This document shows positions 54,936 to 64,000 of a stretch of 64,000 nucleotides of DNA, in pieces. The notes beneath the pieces are model-generated. The model was not told the origin of the DNA. It worked only from the letters and a program-made list of their open reading frames with translations, and made no database searches. Position numbers and translations under genes: made by a program. Origin of the DNA: Candidatus Limiplasma sp. (GTDB lineage Bacteria > Bacillota > Clostridia > Christensenellales > Aristaeellaceae); NCBI GenBank assembly GCA_034928535.1, contig JAYFOV010000004.1, forward strand, positions 1,173 through 65,172, read 5' to 3'. Position 1 is the stretch's first letter. Each line of letters opens with the position of its first letter.

Positions 54936-55901
54936 TCATTCCAGCACGACCGCCTTGGCCAGCACATCGTCCGCAATGGTCACGCCGATGGCCTGCGCCG
55001 TGGTTTGGTTGATGACCATGGTAAAATCACTCACCACCACGGCCGGAATATCCGCAATGGCCGCGCCCGCAAGGTATTGGCCGCTCATATCCGCCACGAT
55101 GCGGCCGATTTCCGTATCGCTGATGGAGATGGTGGCAAAAGCGCCGCTGGCGACCATGACCGCAGAGGAGCCGTATACGGGAATCTTGGCGTCCCGCGCG
55201 ACCTCCGCCACGGTGCTAAGCCCCGTCTGCACCACGGAGTCATTGGGGATGAACATCGCATCGCACCGCCCCACCAGGGATTGTGCCGCCTGCTGTACCT
55301 CACCGGAATTGGTCACCACGGCCTCCACATAGCGAAGGCCGTTGGCATCCATGTAGGCCTTGGCTTTGTCGATGGTGGTCACGGAATTGACCTCGCTGGT
55401 ACAGTAGATGAGCCCATAGGTTTGTACGCCGGGGGTCAACTGATCGCTGAGCTTGAACATCTCCTCCACGGGGATGGCGTTGCTCGCGCCGGTGGCGTTT
55501 TTGTCCGGCTTGGCCATATCGGTGAGGATGCCCGCACCCACCGGGTTGCTCACGGAGATAAAGAACATCGGGATATCGCTGCCCATATTGAGGAATGCCT
55601 GCGCAGGCGGCGTAGCGATGGCCACCACATAGTCCATGCCTGCCTCGATCATCTTCTGGCAGATGGAGGCCAGGTTAGTCATATCGCCCTGCGCATTTTG
55701 ATAGTCAAAGGTCATCCTATCCTCGCCAAAGCCCAGCTCCCGCATACGGGCGATGTAGCCCTCCCGCATGTCGGTAAACGCGCCGTTATCGGCCATCTGG
55801 ATGATGCCCACTCGGTAGGCCTTGGGGGTTTGGGCAACTGCAACAACCGCGGCGGAGAGAACGAGTGCCAGGGTCAGGAGGATCGCTACCAGCTTTTTCA
55901 T
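54936..55901 (-). CDS. ABC transporter substrate-binding lipoprotein (ABC_sub_bind/PF04392-like, candidate tryptophan-binding)
   Basis: Start at MKKLVAILLTLALVLSAAVVAVA with RBS AAAGGATGGG. The body (YRVGIIQMADNGAFTDMREGY...) resembles the uncharacterised-ABC binding family. Confidence 0.8.
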   Translation of the reverse strand: MKKLVAILLTLALVLSAAVVAVAQTPKAYRVGIIQMADNGAFTDMREGYIARMRELGFGEDRMTFDYQNAQGDMTNLASICQKMIEAGMDYVVAIATPPAQAFLNMGSDIPMFFISVSNPVGAGILTDMAKPDKNATGASNAIPVEEMFKLSDQLTPGVQTYGLIYCTSEVNSVTTIDKAKAYMDANGLRYVEAVVTNSGEVQQAAQSLVGRCDAMFIPNDSVVQTGLSTVAEVARDAKIPVYGSSAVMVASGAFATISISDTEIGRIVADMSGQYLAGAAIADIPAVVVSDFTMVINQTTAQAIGVTIADDVLAKAVVLE

Positions 55902-55958
55902 GAAAACCCATCCTTTCGATTCCCGTTTGGTGGCCGTCGGTTTGCCGTGGCGGTACTG

Positions 55959-56222
55959 AAAAACGCACCTGTCCTTATTGCAAGGACAGATGCGTTGATT
56001 ACATCTGCGGTACCACCTTGGTTGACGGTTACCCGTCCGCCTTATTGCAGGTGCCAACACACCCGCTGCCCGCTAACGTGGGCGCTACGTTGCTCCTTAC
56101 TTGGGCAAACCCTTTGGGAGCACCCTCCGCGGTCCATTTGCCGATCCGCTCTCTGCCGGTTTTCAGCTGCCCCGGCTCTCTGCAAGTGCGCTTTCGGTTT
56201 GATCTCCGCTTCAACGGTTTAG
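55959..56222 (-). promoter_or_regulatory. T-box riboswitch leader with probable specifier UGG (Trp)
   Basis: On the minus strand: two AGAGAG elements, specifier-loop 3' side CAAA-UGG-A (56134..56136), T-box core AAGGTGGTACCGCAG, and the terminator CGCATCTGTCCTTGCAATAAGGACAGGTGCG plus TTTTT. Confidence 0.8.
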
Positions 56223-56225
56223 GTA

Positions 56226-56254
56226 ATTGTATCCAAGCTCGTCAGGTTTGTCAA
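56226..56254 (-). promoter_or_regulatory. Promoter TTGACA-N17-TACAAT driving the Trp T-box leader
   Basis: The hexamers and spacing are visible on the minus strand, immediately after the larA-like stop. Confidence 0.65.
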
Positions 56255-56263
56255 CCCTCTTTT

Positions 56264-57535
56264 TTACCGCGGGGGGATGGGCACTGTGCTGCCGCCGTGG
56301 GGCATCACCGCTACGCTTTGCTCGCCGAAATCGAGCAGGGCGGCCAGCTCCGCCTCATCGGCGATGGCCTGGATGCCCATGGGGGCGAGCACCTCCGCCG
56401 GCAGGCGGCTGAGCATATGAAAATCCGTGCCCCGCGCAATTTCGCAGCAGGCATAAAACACATACCCGGCAATGGTAAAGCCCGCCCGCAGCGCCGCGTC
56501 CAACCGACCTTCCAGCAGGGGCTTGCTCCAGCCGAAAAATTCATCCGGGCCGCCGCCTTCCGGACATTCCGCCAGAAAGATGAACCGCCCGCCGGGCTTG
56601 ACCGCCTCCCGTGCGTTGATCATCGTCTTGGAGCCCTGATACAGGTTCATATCCTTGGGAAAGCCCCCGCAGCTGGCCACCACCGCGTCAAAGCGCTGGG
56701 CGATGGGCACGCCGTTGTAGCGATCCACCAGACGGCAGCTCTCTTCCCAGGCCAGGGCGTAGTGGCCGCTGGGCAGGGCGATGTGGTCGCCCCGGCCATC
56801 CACCACCAGATTGATGCCGAAAACCGGCGTGACCATTTCGGCGGCCTCCATCATATCCTCATGCACCGGGTTGCCTTCCAGCCTGCCGCAGCCCACCGCA
56901 TCGCTGGAGCGGGGCTCGCTCGGGTGCAGCGCGTGCCGGTGGTTCTGGCGTATGGTCAGCTCCCCGGCCACGCCGGGCACGATGCTCTTGCGCCCACCGC
57001 CATAGCCCGCCAGCAGATGGTGCACCGTGCCGCCCATCAGGATCACCTTGCGCCCAACCACCCAAGGGCTGATTTGCACCTGTGTGCCGCGGGATGTCGT
57101 GCCCATGCTCACCAGCGGCTGATCCGCCTCATGGTTGAGCACGCGCACGCGATCCATCACATCCCCGCCGGTGATGCGCCGCAGCTCCGCCTCGCTCTGC
57201 GGGCGGTGCGTGCCCAGCGCCACCAAAAAAACGATGTTGGCATAGGGCATGCCTACCACATCATGCAAGTAATCCACCAGCAAGGGACAAATTCGATCCT
57301 GGTGCATCCATGCGCGCGTCAGGTCACTGATGATCACGGTCACCTGATCCGCCGGAGTCAGCACATCCCGGAGCGCCGGACTGCCGATGGCGTTTTGCTC
57401 TACAGCCAGCCGAAAGGCTTCGGGTAGGTTTTGCAGGGGCGGGGGCGTGACGGCCTGCAACACTTCGATGTGCTTTGCGCGCACCGTAGCGGTGATTTGC
57501 TTTTCCCCATACCCAAACTGAAACGTCTGCTCCAT
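56264..57535 (-). CDS. LarA-superfamily protein (nickel-pincer-dependent 2-hydroxyacid racemase/epimerase homologue, DUF2088)
   Basis: 423 aa. The segment GGTVHHLLAGYGGGRKSIVPGVAG matches the LarA (F/Y)(S/G)GGRKS lysine region. His-rich segments typical of LarA. Confidence 0.7.
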   Translation of the reverse strand: MEQTFQFGYGEKQITATVRAKHIEVLQAVTPPPLQNLPEAFRLAVEQNAIGSPALRDVLTPADQVTVIISDLTRAWMHQDRICPLLVDYLHDVVGMPYANIVFLVALGTHRPQSEAELRRITGGDVMDRVRVLNHEADQPLVSMGTTSRGTQVQISPWVVGRKVILMGGTVHHLLAGYGGGRKSIVPGVAGELTIRQNHRHALHPSEPRSSDAVGCGRLEGNPVHEDMMEAAEMVTPVFGINLVVDGRGDHIALPSGHYALAWEESCRLVDRYNGVPIAQRFDAVVASCGGFPKDMNLYQGSKTMINAREAVKPGGRFIFLAECPEGGGPDEFFGWSKPLLEGRLDAALRAGFTIAGYVFYACCEIARGTDFHMLSRLPAEVLAPMGIQAIADEAELAALLDFGEQSVAVMPHGGSTVPIPPR

Positions 57536-57693
57536 GGTAGCACCCCCGTTGCGTTGATGCGCCCATCATAGCACATTTCCGGGCAGGAGAAAAGCACGCC
57601 GGCGCAGTATGTTATCGGGTAAGGCGCACGCCCAAAGGGTTTGCTGCCAGCAAAAAAACGCGCGAAGGCGCGGGAAACGGAGCGTACCGCACC

Positions 57694-58047
57694 ATGCCTT
57701 ATGTGAACATCGTGACCAGCAAAACGCTGGAACCCCAGGAGGTACAAGCCCTTCATGAGAGTGTGCTGTCCGCCGCCGCGTTGCTGGGCAAGCCTGCCGC
57801 CAGCGTGATGGTGCGCGTGCAGGATGGCGCGACGCTGCAACGTGGGCAGACGCCCGGCCACTGCGCCTATTGTGATGTGCAGGTGCTCGGCCAGCCTGCC
57901 CCTGAGGCCGCCGATGCCTTTGCCCAAAGGCTGTGTGCCGATATCGCGCGCATTGCGCAAACATCGCCCGGCAGCCTGTACCTGAACCTGGGCGCCATGG
58001 CGCTTTGCTATACCGATGGCACGCTGGTCAAGCCCCGCACCGCCTAG
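57694..58047 (+). CDS. Tautomerase-superfamily protein (Pro-1, MIF/4-OT-like)
   Basis: Starts MPYVNIVTS (Pro1 after Met removal). The length of about 117 aa is MIF/PptA-like. The RBS is weak. Confidence 0.55.
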   Translation: MPYVNIVTSKTLEPQEVQALHESVLSAAALLGKPAASVMVRVQDGATLQRGQTPGHCAYCDVQVLGQPAPEAADAFAQRLCADIARIAQTSPGSLYLNLGAMALCYTDGTLVKPRTA

Positions 58048-58475
58048 CCGCCTGATTGTGGTGGCGCTTCATACGCCGGCGTATCGTCCTTTGCCCGCGC
58101 CGGAAAGCAGCATGCTCTTCTCTCCCCGGATGCCTTACAAGTATGATATACTGCCAATGGTTGGTTTGTGCAGCGTAAGTCCAGCACGCCGGTTTGCCGG
58201 GCAGGCATAAGCGCTCCGCCTGTTCGGTTACATGTGCAGCGCGCAGCGTGTCTTTCTGTGAGACGCCGCCTGCCACCGGGACGCATCTTGCCCTGCATAC
58301 GCCGGGCTGCGCATAGCAAAGGCAAGCTGCCAAAGCCTTTTGAACCAACCCAGCACTGCAATGTGAAACGCTTGTAAAATTTGGATGTTCCGTGTATACT
58401 GTTTACATTCACGTGTCGTACCTTCCATTAATTTCAAATCATTTTGTAACCCATGCGAGGAGTGGAGCAGAAAGC

Positions 58476-61400
58476 ATGAGCCGGAGGATATTGCTGGTGG
58501 AGGACAACGCAGCGGAGCGCGCTGCTTGCCTTGCCGTCCTTTCCCCACATTTTGATGTGCTCACGGTGGATGGCTGCGCGGCCGCGATGGCGACGCTCAC
58601 GCACGCGAACCCCGCCGTGGAATGCGTGCTTCTGTCCCTTTCCTGCCCGGATGCGTTTGATTTTTTAGCCACCAAGCGCGCCAGCATGATCCTGCACCAT
58701 GTGCCCGTCATTGCCATTGCCGCAACCCCGGGGGACGATCAGGAGCTGCGCGCCCTCGATCTGGATGCGATGGATGTGACCTTCCGCCCCCTCCAGCCGG
58801 AGCTGTTTCTCAAGCGGGTGCGCAACGTCCTTCGCCTGAGCGAAAACCAGTCCCTGCGGCGTGCGCTGGAGCGTGACCCGCTGACGGGCATTTTCAACCG
58901 CAATACGTTTGTGCACCGCACTGCCCGCATGCTCCGCAAAAAAAACGGCGAAGTCTACCAGCTCCAGGTGTGGGATGTGGAGCATTTCAAAGTTGTGAAC
59001 GATCTGTACGGCCTTGCCACCGGGGATCGGGTGCTGCGCGCCATTGCACGTAATTTGGATGTGCAGCTGCGCGGCGTGGGCACCTATGCCCGCCTGGAAA
59101 GTGACCGCTTTGCGCTGTGCTACCCCGCCCGTCTGTATGAGCCCGGCGATCTGCTCCAGAGCGCCAACCAGTGCCTGGAAGAAATGCACATCGGCATCAA
59201 CCTGGTGCTTTACGCGGGCGTATATCAGGTGGAGGATTCCGCCATCAGCGTCGATCAGATGTGCGATCGCGCCTATATGGCGCTGAAGACCATCAAAGGC
59301 CGCTACCACGAGCGTTTTGCCTATTATGACAGCACCATGCGCGACCGGCTGGTGCTGGAACAGCGCATCAGCTCGGAAATGAACGCGGCGCTATCCCAGG
59401 GTCAGTTCTGCTTTTACCTGCAGCCGATTTACAGCATCACGACCGGCGAGCCGGAAAGCGCCGAGGCGCTGGTGCGTTGGGATCATCCTGAGCGCGGTGT
59501 GGTGCCGCCCGCTGATTTCATCCCCCTGTTTGAGCGCAACGGTTTCATCACCCATCTGGATGCCTACCTGCTGGAGAGCGTGTGCCAGTATTTGACCGCG
59601 CTGCTGGCCGACGGCCTGAACCCGATGCCCATCAGCGTGAACCTGTCCCGCCTGAACTTGCTCAACCCCAAGCTTTCGCAGGATATCATTCAGGTAGTGG
59701 AGCGCCACCAGCTCCCAACCCGCCTGATCCGCTTTGAGATCACGGAAAGCGCCTATACAGACCATCCCGAGCAGCTGCTGGCGGCCGTGCAGGCCCTCCG
59801 CCAGCGGGGCTTCGAGATTTTGATGGACGATTTTGGCAGCGGTTATTCCTCCCTGAGCATGCTCAAGGAACTGCCGGTGGATATCCTCAAGGTGGATATG
59901 CGCTTTCTCACGGACATGGAAAATAACGGCCGTGCCGCCAATGTCATGGCCAGCATCATCCGCATGGCAAAATGGCTTGACATCACCGTGGTTGCCGAAG
60001 GCGTGGAAACCAGCTCCCAGCTGGAGTTTTTGCGCTCCATGGGCTGTGACGGCGTGCAGGGCTATTTTCTGGCCAAGCCCATGCCATCGGCCGCATTTAC
60101 CAAGCTGCTCAAAAATCCCGCCTCCCTGCGCCGGCAGCACCAGAGCGACCGTGAGCGCATCATCAGCGATTTCGATCTGCAAACGCTGTGGGATAGTAAC
60201 CAGCAGGTAAACATCCTGTTCAGCGGGATGATCGGCGCAATCGGCCTGTACGAAAAGGCAGGCGATGTGCTGGAAGTGCTGCGCGTGAACGAGAGCTACT
60301 TTGAGCTGCTGGGCAGCACCCCGCAGACGCTGCTCAACAAAGAGCGCAACGTGATCGCCACCCTGGACCCCGGCGATCGGCACAAGCTGCTCAATGCCTG
60401 CGAGCGCGCCGTCAAGACCCATGCGGTGGAGCAGGTGCAGATCAGCTGCCCGCATGCGGATGGGCACATGCTCTGGCTGGACATCAAACTGCGCCACCTG
60501 GGCAGTGTGAACCACCACGACCTTTTTTATTTTGCCCTGACGGACATCACCCGGCAAAAAGAGCTGGAACGCAATTACATGCTCTACCAGTATGGCTCGG
60601 TCATCCTGGATGCCTACAACGAGGTGCTGGAGCTCAACTATACCGACCAGCTGGCGACCAGCTACAGCTTCGGCGGCATGACCAGTTACCGTACTGTGAC
60701 CCTTTCGCTGGAGACCACGCTGCGCAGCATCCTGGAGCACCGCATCCACCCGGAGGATCGGGAGGTTCTGGCGCAGACCCTCAGCCGCGATGCCATGGTC
60801 AAGAACTTTGAGCGGAAGCTTCGCCATGTAGTGTCGCTGGAAGTGCGCACACGCCACGGCGATGGCCCGTATCACTGGACGCGCATCACCATACACCGGA
60901 TGGACGACCCCACCGGTAAATTGCGCGCGCTATGCTGCAGCCGCGATATTGACGAGCAAAAACAGAACGAACGGATGCAGGCGCAATACCTTGCACTGCA
61001 AGCCAAGCAGCAGGAGCAGGATCGCTACCGCACCATCCTGGAGCAAACGCAAACGGCCTTGCTGGCTTGGGCGCCCGGAGCCCAATGCGCGGAGGGCAAC
61101 GCCCTGGCAGATGCGTACAGCCTGAGCCGGATGTCCTTTGATGCGCTCATCGCCGGGGATGTGCCCCCCTGGGTGTGTGAGCCGCTGGATATGGGCTCGT
61201 TGCGCGCCTTCCTTAAAGGGATGGAGCGGCACAGCAGCGCCTCCCGGCTGGTTCGGCTTGCGCTGGCCGCCGGCGAGATGCGCTGGTGCAAGCTATCACT
61301 GACCGTGCAGCGCAGCGAGGATGGCGCCATTGCCGCGGTGCTGGCCATCATCAACGATGTGGATCATGAACACCGTATCCAGCTGCAATTGGATGCGCAG

Positions 61401-63506
61401 CGCCTGCAAAACGAGCGCAGGCTGTCCATGCTCAGCCATCTGTATTGGACGCTGCCCTGCTGCATCCTTCAGCTCAATTTGGAGGATCCGCCCAAGCCCA
61501 TCTTCTACAACCGGGCATGCTGGGAGCTGTTTGGCTTTGCCTCCAAAGAGGCGTTTGATGCCGTTGCCAGCCGGGATCTCTATACCCTGATCGCGCCTGC
61601 GGAGCGGGATCGCTTCCTTTCCAGCCTCAAGCGATGCCGCGACCAGCGTACAGTAGAAAATATTGATGTGGTGGTGCAGCGACCCGGCGGCCTGTCCGGC
61701 AGCCTGCACGGCAGCGTAGCCATGAGCCATGGCGGGGATGGGCAACCCCTGTTGCAGCTGGTGCTGCTGGATACCACCCTGCAACGGGAGCAGGAAGTGC
61801 GCCTGACCCGCACCAAAGCATCGCTGGAGCGCACCACCGATATGCTCCAGCATTTGCTTGAAAATTTGCCCGTCGGCGTCACGCTCTTTGAGTTCGGCTC
61901 GCTGGTACGCTCCCTGTACATCAACACGCGCGCCTACAGCATGTTTGGGCTCCAGGAGCACAAGCCGGAGCGGTTTATGGAGCTAATGCGCATTTCAGGC
62001 TTCCACCTTCAGTGCGATGCGGAGGGCTCGCCGATCCAAGCCATTGATCACAACGGCGCAAACCTGAGCGATGTGACCCGCCTGACCCGGGAGGATGGCA
62101 CGCCGTTTTGGCTGCGCGCATTTTACACCATTGTGCCGCAGCAAAACACACCTCCGCTGTGCTATGCCGTGCTGGCCGATGTGACCCAGCAGGTGGAGGT
62201 GGAGCGCGCCTACAACCGCCAAAGCGAGCTGTACCGCATTATGATGGAGGATTCCCAGCAGATCTTTATCGATTATGATCTGGAATCCGACACCATGCAC
62301 TACACCCTGCGCATGCCCGAAGGCAAGCGGGAGGAGCGCGTCATGCCCTCCTACACCAAAAACCTGCGCCGCAGCGCCATCGTCCACCCAGAGTATGTGA
62401 CCGGATTGGTGAGCGCCATGCGCAAGCACATCCGCAACCAGACTCCGGGTGAGTGGGAGTATCTGGCCGATTATTACGGCACCGGGGAACACCGCTGGTA
62501 CCGCGTGTATTTCCGCACCCTGGCGGACGAAAACGGCGCCCCCTACCGCATGGTGGGGCGTGTGGTGGATATTCAGGAAGAAAAAATCCGCGATGCACAG
62601 CTGGGGCAGGCCAACGTGTTCCGCAGGGCTGTCAACCAGGTGAGCTTGTTTGTATTTGCTTTTGACCTGCCGGAAATGAACCCGCATTTGCTGGCAGGCG
62701 AGGAGCTCAAGCGCGCGGGCTTCCATGCCTACCTGGACTATTTGAGCCCGGCGCGCAACCAAAAGCTGATCCATGCCGATGAGCGCGCGGTGCTGCTGGA
62801 TGCGCTGGACCCGCAGGCGCTGAGCACCCGCTTCCGCTCCGGCGCGCGCGAGGTGGCCATCCCCTTCCGTGCGCTCAACCGCAGCGGCAACTGGGTATGG
62901 CTGGAGATGAACATCCACCTGTCCGCCGGGGAAGGGAAAAACAGCATCAGCGGCATCGGTTATGTAAAGGTGATCGACGATCAGAAAAAACTGGAGCGCA
63001 AAGCCTGCTTTGACGGCCTGACCCAGCTGCTGAACCGCGCCACCGTGGAGGAGCACATCGAGCATGCCCTGCAATCGTCCGATGGGCCCAGCTGTCTGCT
63101 GATACTTGATCTGGATAATTTCAAAAGCGTGAATGACCATTTTGGCCACCGCGCCGGCGATGAACTGCTTCGCCAGCTGGGCGTTACCGTGCGCGGGCAC
63201 CTGCGTTCCAGCGACCTGATCGGCCGTTTGGGCGGGGACGAATTTGTCGCCCTGCTGCGGGGCGCCCCGGAGCATGTAGTGCGGGAAAAGGGCAAGGAGC
63301 TGTTGGCTGCAATTGAATCCCTCACCGCGACGCTGCCGCAGGCGCACCCGGTGACCACGTCCATCGGCTACGCCTGTGCGCCGGAGGATGGCAACACCTT
63401 CGCGGAGCTTTATGCCAAGGCGGATCAGGCGCTATACACCGCCAAGCGCAGGGGCAAAAACCGCTGCTGCTCACCGCGGGATACGGACTCCTGCGAGGGG
63501 ATCTAG
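58476..63506 (+). CDS. Multidomain c-di-GMP signalling protein: degenerate receiver, degenerate GGDEF, EAL, about 7 PAS-like modules, GGDEF with I-site
   Basis: RBS GAGGAGTGGAG. REC-like ILLVEDN...VLLSLSCPD. First DGC domain has LESDRF in place of GGDEF. EAL motifs [26 protein letters not shown]-terminal [14 protein letters not shown]. Confidence 0.88.
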   Translation: MSRRILLVEDNAAERAACLAVLSPHFDVLTVDGCAAAMATLTHANPAVECVLLSLSCPDAFDFLATKRASMILHHVPVIAIAATPGDDQELRALDLDAMDVTFRPLQPELFLKRVRNVLRLSENQSLRRALERDPLTGIFNRNTFVHRTARMLRKKNGEVYQLQVWDVEHFKVVNDLYGLATGDRVLRAIARNLDVQLRGVGTYARLESDRFALCYPARLYEPGDLLQSANQCLEEMHIGINLVLYAGVYQVEDSAISVDQMCDRAYMALKTIKGRYHERFAYYDSTMRDRLVLEQRISSEMNAALSQGQFCFYLQPIYSITTGEPESAEALVRWDHPERGVVPPADFIPLFERNGFITHLDAYLLESVCQYLTALLADGLNPMPISVNLSRLNLLNPKLSQDIIQVVERHQLPTRLIRFEITESAYTDHPEQLLAAVQALRQRGFEILMDDFGSGYSSLSMLKELPVDILKVDMRFLTDMENNGRAANVMASIIRMAKWLDITVVAEGVETSSQLEFLRSMGCDGVQGYFLAKPMPSAAFTKLLKNPASLRRQHQSDRERIISDFDLQTLWDSNQQVNILFSGMIGAIGLYEKAGDVLEVLRVNESYFELLGSTPQTLLNKERNVIATLDPGDRHKLLNACERAVKTHAVEQVQISCPHADGHMLWLDIKLRHLGSVNHHDLFYFALTDITRQKELERNYMLYQYGSVILDAYNEVLELNYTDQLATSYSFGGMTSYRTVTLSLETTLRSILEHRIHPEDREVLAQTLSRDAMVKNFERKLRHVVSLEVRTRHGDGPYHWTRITIHRMDDPTGKLRALCCSRDIDEQKQNERMQAQYLALQAKQQEQDRYRTILEQTQTALLAWAPGAQCAEGNALADAYSLSRMSFDALIAGDVPPWVCEPLDMGSLRAFLKGMERHSSASRLVRLALAAGEMRWCKLSLTVQRSEDGAIAAVLAIINDVDHEHRIQLQLDAQRLQNERRLSMLSHLYWTLPCCILQLNLEDPPKPIFYNRACWELFGFASKEAFDAVASRDLYTLIAPAERDRFLSSLKRCRDQRTVENIDVVVQRPGGLSGSLHGSVAMSHGGDGQPLLQLVLLDTTLQREQEVRLTRTKASLERTTDMLQHLLENLPVGVTLFEFGSLVRSLYINTRAYSMFGLQEHKPERFMELMRISGFHLQCDAEGSPIQAIDHNGANLSDVTRLTREDGTPFWLRAFYTIVPQQNTPPLCYAVLADVTQQVEVERAYNRQSELYRIMMEDSQQIFIDYDLESDTMHYTLRMPEGKREERVMPSYTKNLRRSAIVHPEYVTGLVSAMRKHIRNQTPGEWEYLADYYGTGEHRWYRVYFRTLADENGAPYRMVGRVVDIQEEKIRDAQLGQANVFRRAVNQVSLFVFAFDLPEMNPHLLAGEELKRAGFHAYLDYLSPARNQKLIHADERAVLLDALDPQALSTRFRSGAREVAIPFRALNRSGNWVWLEMNIHLSAGEGKNSISGIGYVKVIDDQKKLERKACFDGLTQLLNRATVEEHIEHALQSSDGPSCLLILDLDNFKSVNDHFGHRAGDELLRQLGVTVRGHLRSSDLIGRLGGDEFVALLRGAPEHVVREKGKELLAAIESLTATLPQAHPVTTSIGYACAPEDGNTFAELYAKADQALYTAKRRGKNRCCSPRDTDSCEGI

Positions 63507-63700
63507 CCCGGCCTCTATGGCAAACATGGCAAAGCATGCGGCTTGCTGCGAAAGCTGATGCACGCATTGTTGCCAGCCGCCGTACCCCATGGCGCCGGAT
63601 CAGCCCGGGCTTGCATGCCGAAGGCGAAAAACATCGGCATGCTAAGCGAACGGAGAATCTCCCCATTGATGTGATTTCTCTTCTTCGATGCCCCATGTCT

Positions 63701-63740
63701 ACGCCCAGCAGGCGGGAAAGCCCGACTGCTGGGCGTTTTT
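63701..63740 (+). terminator. Intrinsic terminator-like hairpin (copy 1 of the ACGCCCAGCAGGCGG... module)
   Basis: ACGCCCAGCAG-GCGGGAAAGCCCGA-CTGCTGGGCGT followed by TTTTT. Confidence 0.6.
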
Positions 63741-63880
63741 GATGTTTGCATTGTGCTTCTGCTGCTCATTTTAGCGTCGCTGGCGGGGATGTGCTGCGGC
63801 ACGCGGGTTTGGGACACTGCCCCAACTTTTGGACTGCCGGCCTTGACCCTTTGCCGCTTCGGCGGGGGAAGGATACGTCA

Positions 63881-63915
63881 ACGCCCAGCAGGCGGCTCCC
63901 CGCCTTCTGGGCGTT
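63881..63915. repeat. Copy 2 of the ACGCCCAGCAGGCGG...CTGGGCGT hairpin module
   Basis: ACGCCCAGCAGGCGGCTCCCCGCCTTCTGGGCGTT is followed by GGTTTGTATGTCGTTTTGCTGC. This parallels the sequence after copy 1. Confidence 0.55.
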
Positions 63916-64000
63916 GGTTTGTATGTCGTTTTGCTGCCGGCCTCATCACCGCTTGGCGGCCGCACCCTCGTGTGCGGGGCGTTGCTGCGGCATAAGGGCT

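Noticed and set aside
63753-63995. An 80-aa ORF between the two terminal hairpin modules.
   Set aside because: It has no RBS and an Arg/Gly/Pro-rich, non-protein-like composition, and it spans the hairpin repeats.
1-64000. A search by eye for CRISPR arrays, tRNA/rRNA genes, transposases, integrases, toxin-antitoxin pairs and classic defence genes.
   Set aside because: No regularly spaced direct repeats, no tRNA-like cloverleaf candidates and no recombinase, nuclease or defence signatures were noticed. The window looks like core chromosome. A tRNAscan/Infernal run would be needed to exclude small RNAs formally.

Overview
High-GC (by eye more than 60%) Firmicutes/Clostridia-type chromosomal segment: strong GGAGG ribosome-binding sites, near-consensus sigma-A promoters and three T-box leaders. 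About 45 genes are supported, and most are housekeeping: metNIQ, murI-wecB, rsmI, recQ, birA, a nadR-like gene, a MarR plus heterodimeric ABC exporter, a DEAD-box helicase, rsmH, valS, rpmF-yceD, ackA-pta, tmcAL, scpAB, deoB-punA, thrC, addB, mnmE, and a T-box-controlled ABC importer. I saw no rRNA, tRNA, CRISPR array, transposase, integrase or phage genes. The best candidate for an undescribed system is a self-contained two-gene cassette at 12.4-16.7 kb. It encodes an SDR reductase translationally coupled to a 1098-aa tridomain protein (fatty-acyl adenylating enzyme, carrier domain, alpha-oxoamine synthase). By inference this would make a sphingoid-base-like long-chain amino alcohol. Other points worth a second look: a T-box leader in front of an acyl-CoA-synthetase-like gene; a Val T-box followed by a tiny 2-TM protein and then valS; an addB with a degenerate Walker A and no adjacent addA; a 1676-aa c-di-GMP protein with a pseudo-receiver, degenerate GGDEF, EAL, about 7 PAS modules and an active GGDEF; an envelope protein pair; repeated hairpin families; and unexplained non-coding gaps. 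All domain calls rest on motif recognition by eye. No database searches were run.
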